DNA of 59,673 nt, filler included, from Sphacelaria rigidula (lineage: Eukaryota): assembly GCA_964200075.2 (NCBI GenBank). It is 2 parts of 2 records of this genome, joined end to end, with 100 filler letters (N's around TTAATTAATTAA, not from the genome) between each part and the next. Parts side by side here need not be neighbours in the genome. Positions count along the whole stretch, not along the records: positions 1 to 29,826 come from CAXNAA020000073.1; positions 29,927 to 59,673 come from CAXNAA020000074.1. The stretch is one strand, 5' to 3'. Below, one piece after another: positions 24,270 to 36,749 of this stretch. The first letter of the stretch is position 1; each line of letters starts with the position of its first letter. The notes beneath the pieces were generated by a model. The model did no database searches. It saw only the letters and a list, made by a program, of their open reading frames with translations, and had not been told where the DNA came from. The translations under genes were made by a program, and so were the position numbers.

Positions 24270-26503
24270 GTGATAAAATTGTTGGAATTGTCGAAGAATA
24301 GGATTGTCCAGTAATACAGTAATACAGGTATGCGTACTTCACCCTCTGCACCGACTGTGCTGCCGCAGACCCGAACCGGTACTTGTAGGGGTACATGGTC
24401 AGCTCGCGCTGCGCACGAGTTGCTGGCGGCAGATTTTAGTGCTCTACAACAGTACGAGTGCATCGCAGGAACCTGCTTGTTTGCAGCTACTACGTTGTGT
24501 TGTGGGGAGTCGTTGTAGGTGCCGAATATTTCAGACTATTCCATTTCATGTTGTGCACCTGTGTGTACCACTGAAGAAATCAAGTCTTTCGATGTGTTAG
24601 TACGTGTCATCCCATCTGTCATGCCCCTGTGACAAAAAATCCCGCCTGGCTTCTTGTACATCAGTGTTGTCTTGTTCAGTAATATGTAGGCGGTATTTTG
24701 GGAGATCAGGCAACCAAACACTGGGCACCTGGCGTCTGATGATGCTAGAACCTCGTGTATGTCTACGTTGAGGCCGCAAGTAAGTGTTGATGCAACAGTG
24801 CCGGCGACCCAAGGCGTTTTGTGCGCTGTGGGACTTCAAGGTGTACTTATTCACGTCGGGGAAATTCAGTGTTGCGCCGAGGTTCCGCCGGAAAAAAAAA
24901 TGCCACTCAAATGCCAAGATGCCTGCATACGCGTACGATAATCATACGCACCTCATGTATATTTCGACGGTTTAGTAGTGTACTGTGTTTCAAGTGAAGT
25001 TAACCCTTAGACAGCGACCTCCCCCCGCTGGAAGACTGAGTAAGACTATCCACTTTGGCGCGATGTATTTGCAGGTGGGGTATGCAAATAAGAGTGTACA
25101 GGTCGCGCACGCCTCCACAACCAATTCCACGACAAACCCAATTACAAATGCTGATGAGCACACAAAGCAACAGGCATACTCCACAGTAGCGCACAGCAGG
25201 GCTGTAACACCGATCATATTTCTTTTGTTGTGGAGCAGGATGCTGTGAACGTAGGCGGCGATGAGTTCTTTGCTCCATACTATTGGGAATCGTAGAATCA
25301 ATTGTTTTTTCTTGGGGCACTTCTTTAATCCAAGTTCTTGATTAACAAAAATATGTTGATGGTTGATAGTTGCTGCGGCATGGACGACATTATATTAGCT
25401 AGGTGTTCAAGTGTAATCTTGTCATCATGAGAGTGTGCATTACGTAATGACAACCGTTCACACCCGCCGCAGCCCATGCGCTGAATCACAGTGTGTCCGC
25501 GCAGATAACGGCATTTGGATGCTCTGAATACTATACATGACCGTATAACCGCAAGTAGGAAAACTTGTGAAATCACACTATCATTGTACTAGAAGTACCG
25601 TTGTCGTCTGCTGTGCGGACTATGTTGTCTTTCCCTTGTTCAAAAACTATAACCAACCATCCATCCTCAACCATCCAACCATCCATCCTCAAACAAGCTT
25701 CAATTAATTAACTATTAATTAATATACATATATACATATTTGTTATTAGAGAGTTTCGGAAACACAAATCAGAACTCAGGGATAAGGAAAAACTCGGGGA
25801 TTATGGAGAAAGTTGGGATTTAAGGCCAGGATATGACGAATTCCCCTAGGTAAACCCCGAAAACTGAACCCTGAGGAGAGACATGCTCAGCAACTCAGGT
25901 TTAATTGCAATTGAAGAAAAAAAAACTGAGTTGCTAGTAGGGTTGCTCATCAACTTTTTGGGGGGGTTGATTTGATTCTTGATTATTTCGTCCAAATCGT
26001 GTTGATATAATCATGATTGTTCAAACAAAATCAAACAATCAACTCCACGGGAATTGAATCAACTAATCATTGATTGTTGAGTATTTTTCAAGCTTTTGAA
26101 CAGCGGACAAGCCACAGGGGCTGATCCTTCGGTAGATGTTTGCAACATCAAGAAGGCTACATGTATCGGGTTTTCGTGCCTCTGTGGTGTACCACTTTTC
26201 TAACTCAAAGTAAATGCCGAAGTGTCAAATCGTGGGTCCGCACGTGCGCAGTACGCAGGAGTACGCGTACTACCACACTCCCACCACATACGTACATGCC
26301 CACTAGACATCTATGCATATATGAAAACCACTCGTATTCCAATATGTAAGTCCAGTGTTCTGCTGCAAGTGATGATGTGCTAATAATATTGATGAGAGTA
26401 ATATTTCTTTCAAGTCCGATCCCCTATAATCAGTGCGTCGTGAACAGAAAAGTTCATGTTCCAGAGCCCAGCAGCAATGTCCACCAGGGTAGCGGTTTGA
26501 TTT

Positions 26504-26659
26504 CTACCAGAGATGATGTTTCATGCTTTCGTGGAGGAAGACGATGTCTTCCACCCGGTCCCCACTAAGGCGGTTTCGGGTCTTCGTGACCACGAGTCCG
26601 CCTACGGAGAACACACGCTCGGATGCAGCAGATAAAGCTTGAACCGCGAGGTACACCTT
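26504..26659 (-). pseudogene. hAT transposase C-terminal dimerisation-domain remnant
   Basis: KVYLAVQALSAASERVFSVGGLVVTKTRNRLSGDRVEDIVFLHES carries the hATC signature (S-x-x-S-ER-x-FS ... R-x-RL). Confidence 0.88.
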
Positions 26660-27550
26660 GACTCCACGCTTTATTACAGGACCAGGGATACCAGTGTTGA
26701 TAGGAGTTGGTGCACTCGGTTTAGATGGTGGTGGTGCTCCAGATGTCAAACTTTCAACCAGGGCTCTCTCCTCCTCGCTAACAGCCGAACCATTGTCCGA
26801 TGATACACCTCCAATCTTGCCACTTCCAACCTTACCACCCATGCCCGGAAAAACAAAGTATTGTGGTACCTGGTGGCCTGATCCTACAGCACTGGTGAAA
26901 GCACCGGCGTATGCTGCGGTACCAGATGCCAACGGTACACCAACACCGGCATCCATGCTACTCTTGACTAACGTGGAGATACACTTCGCCAGCTTTGCAA
27001 TGTCACGCTGTAGGTTCTCCATTGTTGCCGGTTGTGCGCTGGTCCCATCATTTGCAGACGACACAGACTTAGCCGCCTTCACAACCTCATCACCTGCAGC
27101 CCTGGTCAACGTCATAATCACACTACTGGATGCGAGGATGTTGTTGTACCGCTCTAATAGATCCCCGATAGAAACACCCTTTGTCAGCATGTGGGACCTC
27201 ATAGCGTCATCACTGACCTTCACCCTAACAGCATATTTGGCAAATATGGTGAAGCGACCAGTGGTGATGTCCTCATCCGTGACACCCTTTCTAGCACCAA
27301 CAGTGGGCTATATCATCTCGTACACCCTGACCACACGACCGCTGTTGCTCAACTTCTCCTTTACTTCATTGGCGACCATGCAGCCGATGTTGCCTATACC
27401 TACTATGGACACAGGGTCACCAACAGGAACGTCCCCCAAGAGCACACCCGATATGTAGTAGGACATCTGATCGATACGACCTATGTAGCTGACACCACGT
27501 TTAACCTCGTGAAACATCTTCCCACCTGACATATAATCCACATTTACCAT
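26660..27550 (-). pseudogene. Unidentified intronless coding-like cargo, in frame with the hATC remnant, one internal stop
   Basis: ORFs 27308-27550 and 26504-27223 are in the same frame, and the sequence between them is open. The only stop is a TAG at 27308-27310. The frame spans 349 codons including the hAT tail. Confidence 0.65.
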
Positions 27551-29826
27551 TGCAATGCCTATAGGTACAGTTGCGCCGCAAGCAAAAAATAGCGTTGCAC
27601 GGCGTTACGACGCAAACGCCTCCTCTTTTCCCCCCAAAAGTCAACAAATCAACAATAAATCAAGTTATTATATATGAGTTGATTGTTGTTGATTACTTGA
27701 TGACAATCAACTAATCATGAGAAAGTTGATGCGATGTTGATACACAATCAAATCAACTTTTTAATCATAATCACCCGTGATTATTTAGTTGATGAGCAAC
27801 CCTAGTTGCTAGACACCCCAAAGCGTTGGTGCCAAACTCAGGGCTTTGAAACGGAACTAGACACCCTGCCCCATAACGACCAAGGTTACAGAACACAGCC
27901 GTAGGACAAATATCATAAGTGAGGCGGTGGCGGATGTCGTGAACGCCCGCGACAGCACTGGTGATGGCAGCTCGTTCACAAGGGTGACCCAAAACTACGA
28001 GGAACACGTGGAAGCGAACGGGGGAGCCGAGACACCAGTCGACCTGGCTCATGATGATGCGAAAGGGCGGGAGTCGGCCGCTCAAGCAGCTGCTATGAGG
28101 AGTTGATGAAATGGCAACCCAACGTGAAGCTTGCGTTAGCTCGCGCAGTTATACCACCGTTGGGTGGCCATTTTGTCGAGATCCCCGTAGCGGCTGCATA
28201 GGTGGCCCACTTCAGCCATTCCACGTCATATTTAGCTCGGTCGACAGGTGTCTCTCTGTTCCCCCTCCAGCCTTCACGCAGCTAGGATTACTGCTTGTGG
28301 CAAACGGACACAAATAGGCATGTGCACACTTGTACTACAGACAATAGTAGTGCAGTACAGTCTGAGTGGTACAGTACAAAACACTTCCTACCGAAAGTAT
28401 CCAAAACTGTCTACAGTGCAGCAGTACAGTAGTAGTACAACCCTCAACTGTCTCAACTCGATAGTGTTGTACCAGACACCGACATGTGCAGCACTTGTGA
28501 GTGACTAGCGGGCGCCGAGGTGCTCTGCCTATGTGCCCAACGTTGTCTACTGTGCCGGCTTGGTATCCAGCGGCTGTATTTACGATTCTGTGTGTGAGTG
28601 GTCGTCACATCTATTCTGGACGCCGGTCTACACCTTTCGGTATATGTGGGCGCACCAGTCGGGGTCACACAGGATGGAGGTCAACCTAGGAGGTTTTTTC
28701 CCCATGTATTTATTTTTAGTACTCCATCTCTCTTCAGGGGTGCTTGCCTTCATATTTTATCGCGAGGGGTTCAGCAGCCCCTTTTCCTCGGCGACAGTCA
28801 AGTCGAATATACTGCTGTCACGTATTCAACGAGACGGGGACAGCACAAACATATAAAGTGGTGCTAGGATAGGACGGGGGGTACTCTGGGCCGTGCTTGC
28901 ACTAAACTCAACTTCGAATCGATTTTAGGAGCTACCATATCCAGAACGCGCGTTGCCGATAAAGAACGCTAATCCGTACAATACTGTACTGCTTGAGGCC
29001 GTTTTACCCAGGTACAAGCACGCGGCGAGTGAGTCAGGTTGTCCGGATCATCCATGAGTCTTTTTCCCCTGGAATTAAACANNNNNNNNNGTATAGCACG
29101 GATTTGTACATGCTCTTCCGCGCTGTATGGGTAACACCGCATGGGTAGGCGCAGAGTACAAGCCCAGAAAAGCACGGCGCGACTTGTACCCTTTCAACTC
29201 ATGACATCGACCACGTGGCATTCGGAACAGAAAAGACCAAACCCTGAAAAGTTGGTCACGGTCCACACCTACGTGATAAAAATAAATAAAAACAAACCTG
29301 GGGTTCAAGCGTAAACAATCCAGTCGTTCTCGCTGCTATCCCTGAGTGATGATCTTTTTTTCCGAAACTCTCAATTATATATATATATGTATTCACCAGT
29401 ACTCGCACAAAAGAATGAAGAGCGCGTTGTGGAATGCACGACCCAAAGGTGAAAAATTGACCACGTGGTGCTCACCCTGCGAAAAATGTGGTAGCGGGGC
29501 GGTGTGATAGAAGACCAGGGGAGAGGTGCGGCGAAAGATGACAGCACCGAATGTATCGATTAGGTTGGTGCAGATGATCGTGCGGAAGAACAATCAGTGT
29601 GTGCGACAGTACTCTGCACGCTGGAGCGGCAGGCGCGACTACCTCAACGGTGGTGCGGTAGAGCTGGCTACGCAAATTGTCGCGCCAGAACAGTATGAAT
29701 ACACTCAAGTGGTCAGTGTCATAAGTAAAAGGACACCACACTATAAGCACAGCAGCGGCACACAAGTGGCGACGTCCTCAAGGAGAAAAGGTATAGTCGA
29801 TGTCACCGTAAGAGAGAAGCGGCGTG

Positions 29827-29926
29827 NNNNNNNNNNNNNNNNNNNNNNNNNNNNNNNNNNNNNNNNNNNNTTAATTAATTAANNNNNNNNNNNNNNNNNN
29901 NNNNNNNNNNNNNNNNNNNNNNNNNN
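29827..29926. other. Artificial scaffold/contig linker
   Basis: 44 N + TTAATTAATTAA (stop codons in all six frames) + 44 N = exactly 100 bp. Confidence 0.95.
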
Positions 29927-30659
29927 CGACGATCTGACTCGAAATTTCGAGCAACAAATGGCCCAAAATACCCCCCCCCTATCGTAGGATGACTTCAATC
30001 CTTTGTGGGTTTTTTTCAGCGATGCAACCCAGGTACGCGCACCCCAAATACATGAAATGGCGCAAAAATTGCTTGAAGACTTTTTTTTTCACAAGCAGGC
30101 GACTTTTGTTCTCTCTTTCGAGCAGTCACGCCTAAAAAATCGTGGATTTGGCGATTCGAACCGATGATGAATCGTCCGAACCTTGCATGGTTTTACAGGA
30201 AATTACGTTCCGTCATGACGTTTAGCGCTAAGAGCACACGAACACAAACGTCACCAAGTGAAGCAGGTCTCTGCGGTGCGAAGTTCGAAAATGCGTCGAA
30301 AAAAACCCGACCAAGCTGGATACTCACGCATTTAACCAATCAATCGCGTGGGATACATACATGTGTACAGATATCTGCACATCTTTCATGAAGGCACTGG
30401 GGAATCAACATACATCATGGACTATACTAAAACCGAGATAACCCTATTTCGACAATTTACTCGTTGTAGTCCCTCTAGATCGAGCATTTGCGCCACCACG
30501 CGAATCCAGCAAAGTTTCAACCCTTAGACAGCGAGCGTCGCCTCGGAACAGTTCTACAGGCTGACAGTCCGGAGACATTTAGGGGTTTCCAGTGGCCCGG
30601 GGGGGGGGGGGTCTGTCCGCTGAGCAGCGGAAAAACTCACCGAAGCAAGCATGGGTGTT

Positions 30660-31159
30660 TGAATACTGATCATGCTTTGCAAACCTTAACCCTTAGACAG
30701 CGACCCCCCGCATGTGGACTCAGAGTTGGACTACAGCCTGGTTCACAGAAAAGACCCCAAAAACACTAATCGGCAAAACTTCACGCCGTCTCAAGGAGTT
30801 ACACCCTGAAAATTTGCACAAATGTGCTATGGGTAATTACGCAAGTTTGGATCAACGAGGTTTTTCGATTCTTCCCTTTTTTATCGCTTCACGCGGGTCC
30901 GACTGGATCGAAGTTTCCCCCCCAAAACGGTGCAAAAAGTAAAGAAGTTGAAAAAAAAACCCGACCTTGGAAAGTTGCGTATTGACCAACGGCACCTTCG
31001 TGCAAATTTTCAGGGTGTAACTCCTTGAGACGGCGTGAAGTTTTGCCGATGAGTGTTTTCGGGGTCTTTTCTGTGAACCAGCCTGTAGTCCAACTCTGAG
31101 TCCACATGCGGGGGGTCGCTGTCTAAGGGTTAAGATTTGCAAAGCATGATCAGTATTCA
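30660..31159. mobile_element. 500-bp foldback element built of three nested layers of transposon-like ends
   Basis: Near-perfect inverted arms, ~30660-30845 versus ~30975-31159. Outer arm TGAATACTGATCATGCTTTGCAAA; piggyBac-type TTAA|CCCTTAGACAGCG layer (30690-31129); TA|CAG(C/G)CTGGTTCACAG layer (30734-31085). Confidence 0.85.
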
Positions 31160-31326
31160 TGTTTCCGCACTGAAACGGGAGTCTCAAGGAGAGTAGGGAG
31201 AGGATGAAAACTACTAACTGCTGACTCCGATGCACCCCTCCCTCCGAGGCGGTGGGCGGTGTCATGTGGCGCTCTTTCTGGTTTGCCTAGTTTATGCATA
31301 CGCATAGCTGTCCTCTCAGAGGTTCA

Positions 31327-31543
31327 AGGATAGGCTTCTTCTTTCTTCTTTTTCTCTTCACTTTTTTTTCATGTTGTTTTGTTTTTGTTGTATCGCGTCT
31401 GTGAATTTTTCGTGGGTCCGATTTTATTTCCTCATTTTCCTTTTACCCCGACATGGGGTGGTAGCCTGTGACCACGGAAGACGTCCGAGTCAGATGCCCA
31501 GAACAGCACTGCGCAGATACCGGAACGACTTTTTAATGTGAAG

Positions 31544-31574
<31 letters not shown>
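31327..31574 (+). mobile_element. Non-LTR retroposon 3' end with (CAA)n tail
   Basis: GCCTGTGACCACGGAAGACGTCCGAGTCAGATGCCCAG...TTTTAATGTGAAGA(CAA)n, same family as 21165-21400. Confidence 0.75.
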
Positions 31575-31576
<2 letters not shown>

Positions 31577-31767
31577 TCCCAGTACAGCTGGTCGCTTGTG
31601 TGTAAAAACACGGCAGGAATGGGCTGTTGGCTACAACGCCGTTGCACCGATGTTCAACAGCACAATACACAGCGGGCAATGCTTTCACATTGGCAGTGAT
31701 GACCAGCAAGCGCGGAACAACTCAGTCACAATCGTAAAGCAGTAGGGAATATATCTTTGATGTACGC

Positions 31768-33492
31768 CATAGAAATGTACGGCCGTCCCGATATTTTGTG
31801 GACAGCGTTCGGGCAAAATGTTCTGCAACAACGCTTGACGTGCACCTTGACCAAAAATTGCAGGTCCCACCTCTCCAACCTCGAGTAATGAACTCCCCAA
31901 GAAAGTTTCCAATATTTTTCGGGGGAACCCGCTGAAATATGGAAGAGGCGACCTGAGTAAATGTACGTAAACAATGGTTGGTACCATGGAGGTGCCGCCA
32001 ATTTTAACGCTGACCCTAACCCTAACCCCGACCAAGGCATACCGAGACCCTCGGGCAAGGGGGTGCAGAGCGCTCCGAAGCCAAAGTGTGCGTTGCTAGA
32101 GCTCAAATCGACGCCTTTCAGCTGATTTTGGACCAAGACACGTTCTGGACGTAGGCTTTTGCTTCTTATGCGCGCATATAATTTCGCATGAAACGGGTTT
32201 TTGCGCATGAGCATATGCGTTTTTTTAATAACATATGTTTTTGGAGATTTCAGCATGACAGGCATAAAAGCTAAGTTTTACGCATAACTTGGCGCATATA
32301 GTACACTCCAACGGGATTATGCATCCCAAGTTCAGCAGCCAGTACCTGCCCACGGGTGCTCCATGTGGCGTGGTTCGTGGGGTCGTGGCGTTTCTGTTCG
32401 TAATTTATTATTTTGAACTTTGTTGCGGGTCTGATACCGGTTATGGTTTTGTATGTGAGACACTCCATGTTCAAAAAAAGTGATCAAAAAATAAATGCAT
32501 CATTTTTCACATTAGACAGCGGCTCCCGCCACAACTTCACATGCCAGAACAGTCAAATCCACAACTGTACAGTGTACAGCGCACAGCACACAGTACACCG
32601 ACAGTACAGCAGTAAGCACTACACTACTCTGGCAGAGCAGAAAGAGATCGAGGTGACCGAGATGCGGACTCTGGCGCCCCAACAGCGCGACGCGAAGGAG
32701 ACCGCTGAGGAGCAGAGGGAGAGAAAAAGAGCGCAAAACTTTTGTATTTATTTTATTTTTCTTGTTGCTTTCTACTTTTTTATTATTTCCGTTATTATGG
32801 CCTTCAAAACCAATGAACGAAGAAAAAAAACGAGCAAGCCTTCCTTCCAAGCAATCGTGAAATCTTGAAATGTTCGACGTGCAGTCTTGTTTTCTTGCTG
32901 GAAGGTACGTTCCATGGGCGGTGCCGCCAGGAACCCGCCAGGAACAACCTCAAGAACGACGCGAAAAAGGCGCATAAGTCGCACATACTTCACCAAAATA
33001 CGCATAAATCGGCGCATAATGTACACTTTTGAACATGAAAAATTAAAAAACGCGCATAAAAAATAAAACATGCGCATAACAGGGCACTAATCATAATAAT
33101 AAAGAAGGAAAAGCTTATCTGGACGAGCTGGGTCTACTGCTCACCACTCCTCACCTGCCCCAGACCATGAATTTTCTCATAACTTTCTGGAGTCTGAAAT
33201 CAAGTGAAATCGAGTACCAACCATTTTTGACGTACATTTCCTCACGTCTACTGATATGGAAATCAACACCGTGTAATACCGATTACAGTGACCACATGTT
33301 GGCACCATACTATAGAAATGTACGGCCGTCCCGCTACTTTGTGGACAGCGTTCGGGCAAAACGTTGTGATCCCCAACAACGCTTGATGTGCACCTTGACC
33401 AAAGATTGCAGGTCCCACCTCTTCAACCTCGAGTAGTGACTCCCCAAGAAACTTTCCATTAGTTTTCGCTGGGACCTGCAAAAATATGGAAA
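31768..33492 (+). repeat. Pair of ~180-bp direct repeats (31768-31945 and 33311-33492)
   Basis: ATAGAAATGTACGGCCGTCCCG...TTTGTGGACAGCGTTCGGGCAAAA...TTGCAGGTCCCACCTCT.CAACCTCGAGTA.TGA...AAATATGGAA occurs in both. Confidence 0.8.
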
Positions 33493-36099
33493 TAACAAAA
33501 CCGCGAAATACCGTGTACAGTGACTACATGGTGGTGAGCCACCGTATGTACGGAAATGTATGCTGAACCGATTGTGCTGCGATCAGTGGTGTTGCCTGTA
33601 TTGCGGCTGCTATGGTTTGCGTTAGGGTTGATAGGTAAACGGGTGCCACTGCAGTCGCATCGACTGCTCTCGCGTGTGCTTTGTTTGCTGTGCACACTTA
33701 GCTACAAGAGAGCTCACGAAATATATGTATATCATAGATCTCTCAGGGGTCTTCTTTACACAACCGCTTGTTTCGAGTCAGCTTCGTAAACAGCACGCTG
33801 CAGACCTTGAAACCTAATAACTTTTATGTGCGTATTCTTGTGAGGAATAGCAGGAAACGGTATTGGAAAGGCAAGCCTACGCCTGTGACCACGGGTTCGC
33901 GAGATTGGACTAGTGTGCGGAAATAATAATAATAATAATAATATAATAATAAGAGCGAAGCTGCCTAATTTTCACCACAGACTTGTCGGTAAGTGCTTCG
34001 AGTTTGGGATAGCTGCCTGGTGATCTGTCTGCGTAAACCTGCCCTTGGAAACGGCCTGGCCCAATTTCTGCTCCTGCGAAGCGAAGCAGTGTCGACCCGA
34101 GGGTAGAGTACTCCAAGAAAAACATGTATCACGGTGTTGCCTGAAAATTTTCTCGAGGCGCCGACAAAACCTCCGAGGTCATGCACAGCGTCTCGGGTCT
34201 GGGAACGCACTGGTTGGTGCAAGTTGGGGCGCACCACGGTTAGATTGTAGCGAGAAATATAGCTTCCGGATGAGGGACGGGCAAACATCGTAGGCTGCAC
34301 CAGCCGAGGAGCGGATCTGTAGGTTGCAGGCCCATCCTAACCTCAATTTTGAGAGATGGACAATTAAATTTGGCACGGAGAATCGCTAGAGCATTACTGA
34401 TCGGAAATTCTGGAGCCTTGAGATTTTTCTCTTCTCATGAGTTGAGGGCAAAAAAAAAATCCAGTTTTCATGAAAACGTCCCCAAGTCATGGAAAAGAAA
34501 TCTCAACGTCCCAATTATTCTTATTTTATAATATTCTTCTCTATACGTATTTTGAAAGCCCAACTCTCGAAAGTGAGGTGAGAATGGGCGATTTAGGACC
34601 TGGGCCGGACGAGATTCGGGAATATTTTCCAGACCATATACTAGCCCAGTCTTGGAACCTGTGCATTGGACGTTTGTGTGGAGAATCATTAGGGCACAAA
34701 AGCAAAAAAAAGAACCGGGATATAATGGGCTCTTTGTCACGAGTTAAGGACGTTTTACTAGAGTGCAGTGAAGATAACTTTTTCACGAGAACGTCCTTCA
34801 CCCTTTTGGAACCGTTGATGGAAAATTGACGATTTACATTTGACGTTTTTTCGGGCAAGAAATTATTGCTTTTCTACACCCTGTGAGGAAACGATTCGCC
34901 CAGAGCGTGTGTTTTAGACCTGTGCGAATGGAACGTGGAAGAAAAGACTGTTCTTTATTTTACGGGTATGATGAATTGTTCGACCCGTCGGTGTTTTCTA
35001 ACCCCCGCCAGAGTGCATGGCTGACCTTTCGTGAAGCGTGCTGCAGTAGATGCTTCGTGCTGTATCACAGCAAGCCTGCGCCTGAGTTGCAATAACAAAG
35101 GCGACGCCCACGGCACATTTACCCTAGATATGCCCCCGTCTACTATCTGTATGCGGAGACCGTCAACGTCAGGCCCTGTGGAGATGTGTTCACTCACCCT
35201 TCTGTACTGCGTGTATCATTATATGTTCACGTTATTCCAGGTGTAAACTCACGTCACGTACGTTACTGTACTCCGTCGTGCGCGTTTGTACAGCACCACA
35301 CTGCGGTTTGATCATTCCATAACGGCGACGAGGGTGCCATGTACCCCGTAGTTATACATACTCCTGGTGCAGTGCAGGCGGGGGCCGTTACTTTGGCATA
35401 TCAGATACAGGCTATCACTTCGTAGGCTGTGATCTTACCGCATATCTCATCCTGCGCTTTGTGCTGTACGTTTCCACGACACCACCTATCTAATGCGGGT
35501 TGATCATGTCTGAACGTTGCACAGTCCCACTTTGTGCTGCGTGAGGTGTATTACTCCGACTTGCGCTATCGCGTCCGGACCCCATGTCCTCGTGGGCGGC
35601 GTTGGGGTGTCATATAATGATATTACACACCTTCTATGTTCTTGCATGGAACACCGTAACATCGTTATTCTGTACTGGACTGTAGTGAAGTGTGTTTACT
35701 GGCTGTACTCGTAGTTGTAGTTGGGTCAGGCTGGTTTGCGAAAGGCTGTCCCAGTCGGTTGTCGGCCGTTTGCCAGTATGTCGCCTGTCTGGACGCTGGC
35801 AATCACGTCCACCTGATGTCTTCCATATAATCCTGTGTGCCTCGCAGCATTTTCTCTTGCTGCGGTTACTGTGCTCACGTTCGGTAAGCGAGCGGAGGGG
35901 GCGGTGTGCGCCGGGGGGCAATGGGCTGCCCCAATGGCTCTTGCAGCTTTTTCAGCGAAACGCCTGGCAGCGTCCTGGCCGTGCTTCTCAATCACCTCTT
36001 CCAGCCGAACGTGAATTGCATATGGGTCGCTCTTCAGCGCTTCCACATGTGGCGACGGGATTTCCACGTGCTCCGCCATTTATTGTTGCCGGCCGTATA

Positions 36100-36187
36100 G
36101 TGTGGCTTCCTACGCTCGCCAATTGTTGATGATGCAGCCCACCGTGTGGCTTCCTACGCTCGCCAATTGTTGATGATGCAGCCCACC
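36100..36187 (+). repeat. Exact 44-bp tandem duplication
   Basis: GTGTGGCTTCCTACGCTCGCCAATTGTTGATGATGCAGCCCACC x2. Confidence 0.9.
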
Positions 36188-36749
36188 AAAACGGTGCACT
36201 CCTCTAATTTCAAGTATAATAGTGCACCACTCCAAGATCAAGTATACTAATGTGACATATTCGTGCACCGAACCCGAATTGAGGTATTTCACAGATTCTG
36301 CTGACAAAAATAAAAAATACTGGAGTTTGTACTGTTTTGCGAGAGTTTTGTCGATGCACACAATTGGACACACTTCGCCCGTCGCGTGATATTATTGGAC
36401 AAACCCAACCCGACCGCTCCCGGTTTCATTTTCGGTACATCCATGATGTGTGCATCTGGAGTCTTCTTTGGTCTTCCACAGTGAAAATGGTTGCCGTCGG
36501 TCTTTTCTGTTTCTATCTATTCTTTGTCAGGGCTTCTCATAATGAGGCCTCTGGCCCGGGGACGGTTCCAAAACGAAAAAAAATCACAAGGCCCTGGACG
36601 GTTTGTTCTTGTTTTGCCCTTACGATACTCCTTTCCAAATTTTAACGCACACTCTGAAAAGTGAGACGCGATATCCAGGTTAAGTGCATTTAGTGCCTCT
36701 GCTCGTATTATACTGCGTAAAATATTGAGTTCAGCGCGGAATCTGATGT

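Larger units (their letters stand above)
25938..27804 (-). mobile_element. Internally rearranged hAT transposon (element B) carrying a captured coding sequence
   Basis: Perfect 17-bp TIRs TAGGGTTGCTCATCAAC / GTTGATGAGCAACCCTA. Perfect 8-bp TSD GTTGCTAG (25930-25937, 27805-27812). Subterminal regions are homologous to element A. Confidence 0.94.

Noticed and set aside
26658-27458. 266-aa plus-strand ORF antisense to the hAT cargo, suggestive of an ambigrammatic virus sequence
   Set aside because: It is in the shared-third-position antisense frame, not the codon-aligned frame. That frame often stays open opposite real coding sequence poor in Tyr/His/Gln, so it is treated as a shadow ORF.
29871-29882. 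TTAATTAATTAA as a piggyBac target array or regulatory palindrome
   Set aside because: It is symmetrically embedded in 44+44 Ns, which identifies it as a synthetic six-frame-stop linker.
32011-32030. (CCCTAA)2 telomere-like motif (also TAGGGTTAGGG near 394)
   Set aside because: Only two units, too short to call an interstitial telomere.
32150-33090. Possible hAT element with GCATA/TATGC subterminal repeats
   Set aside because: The right end looks TIR-like, but the left TIR and a TSD could not be matched.
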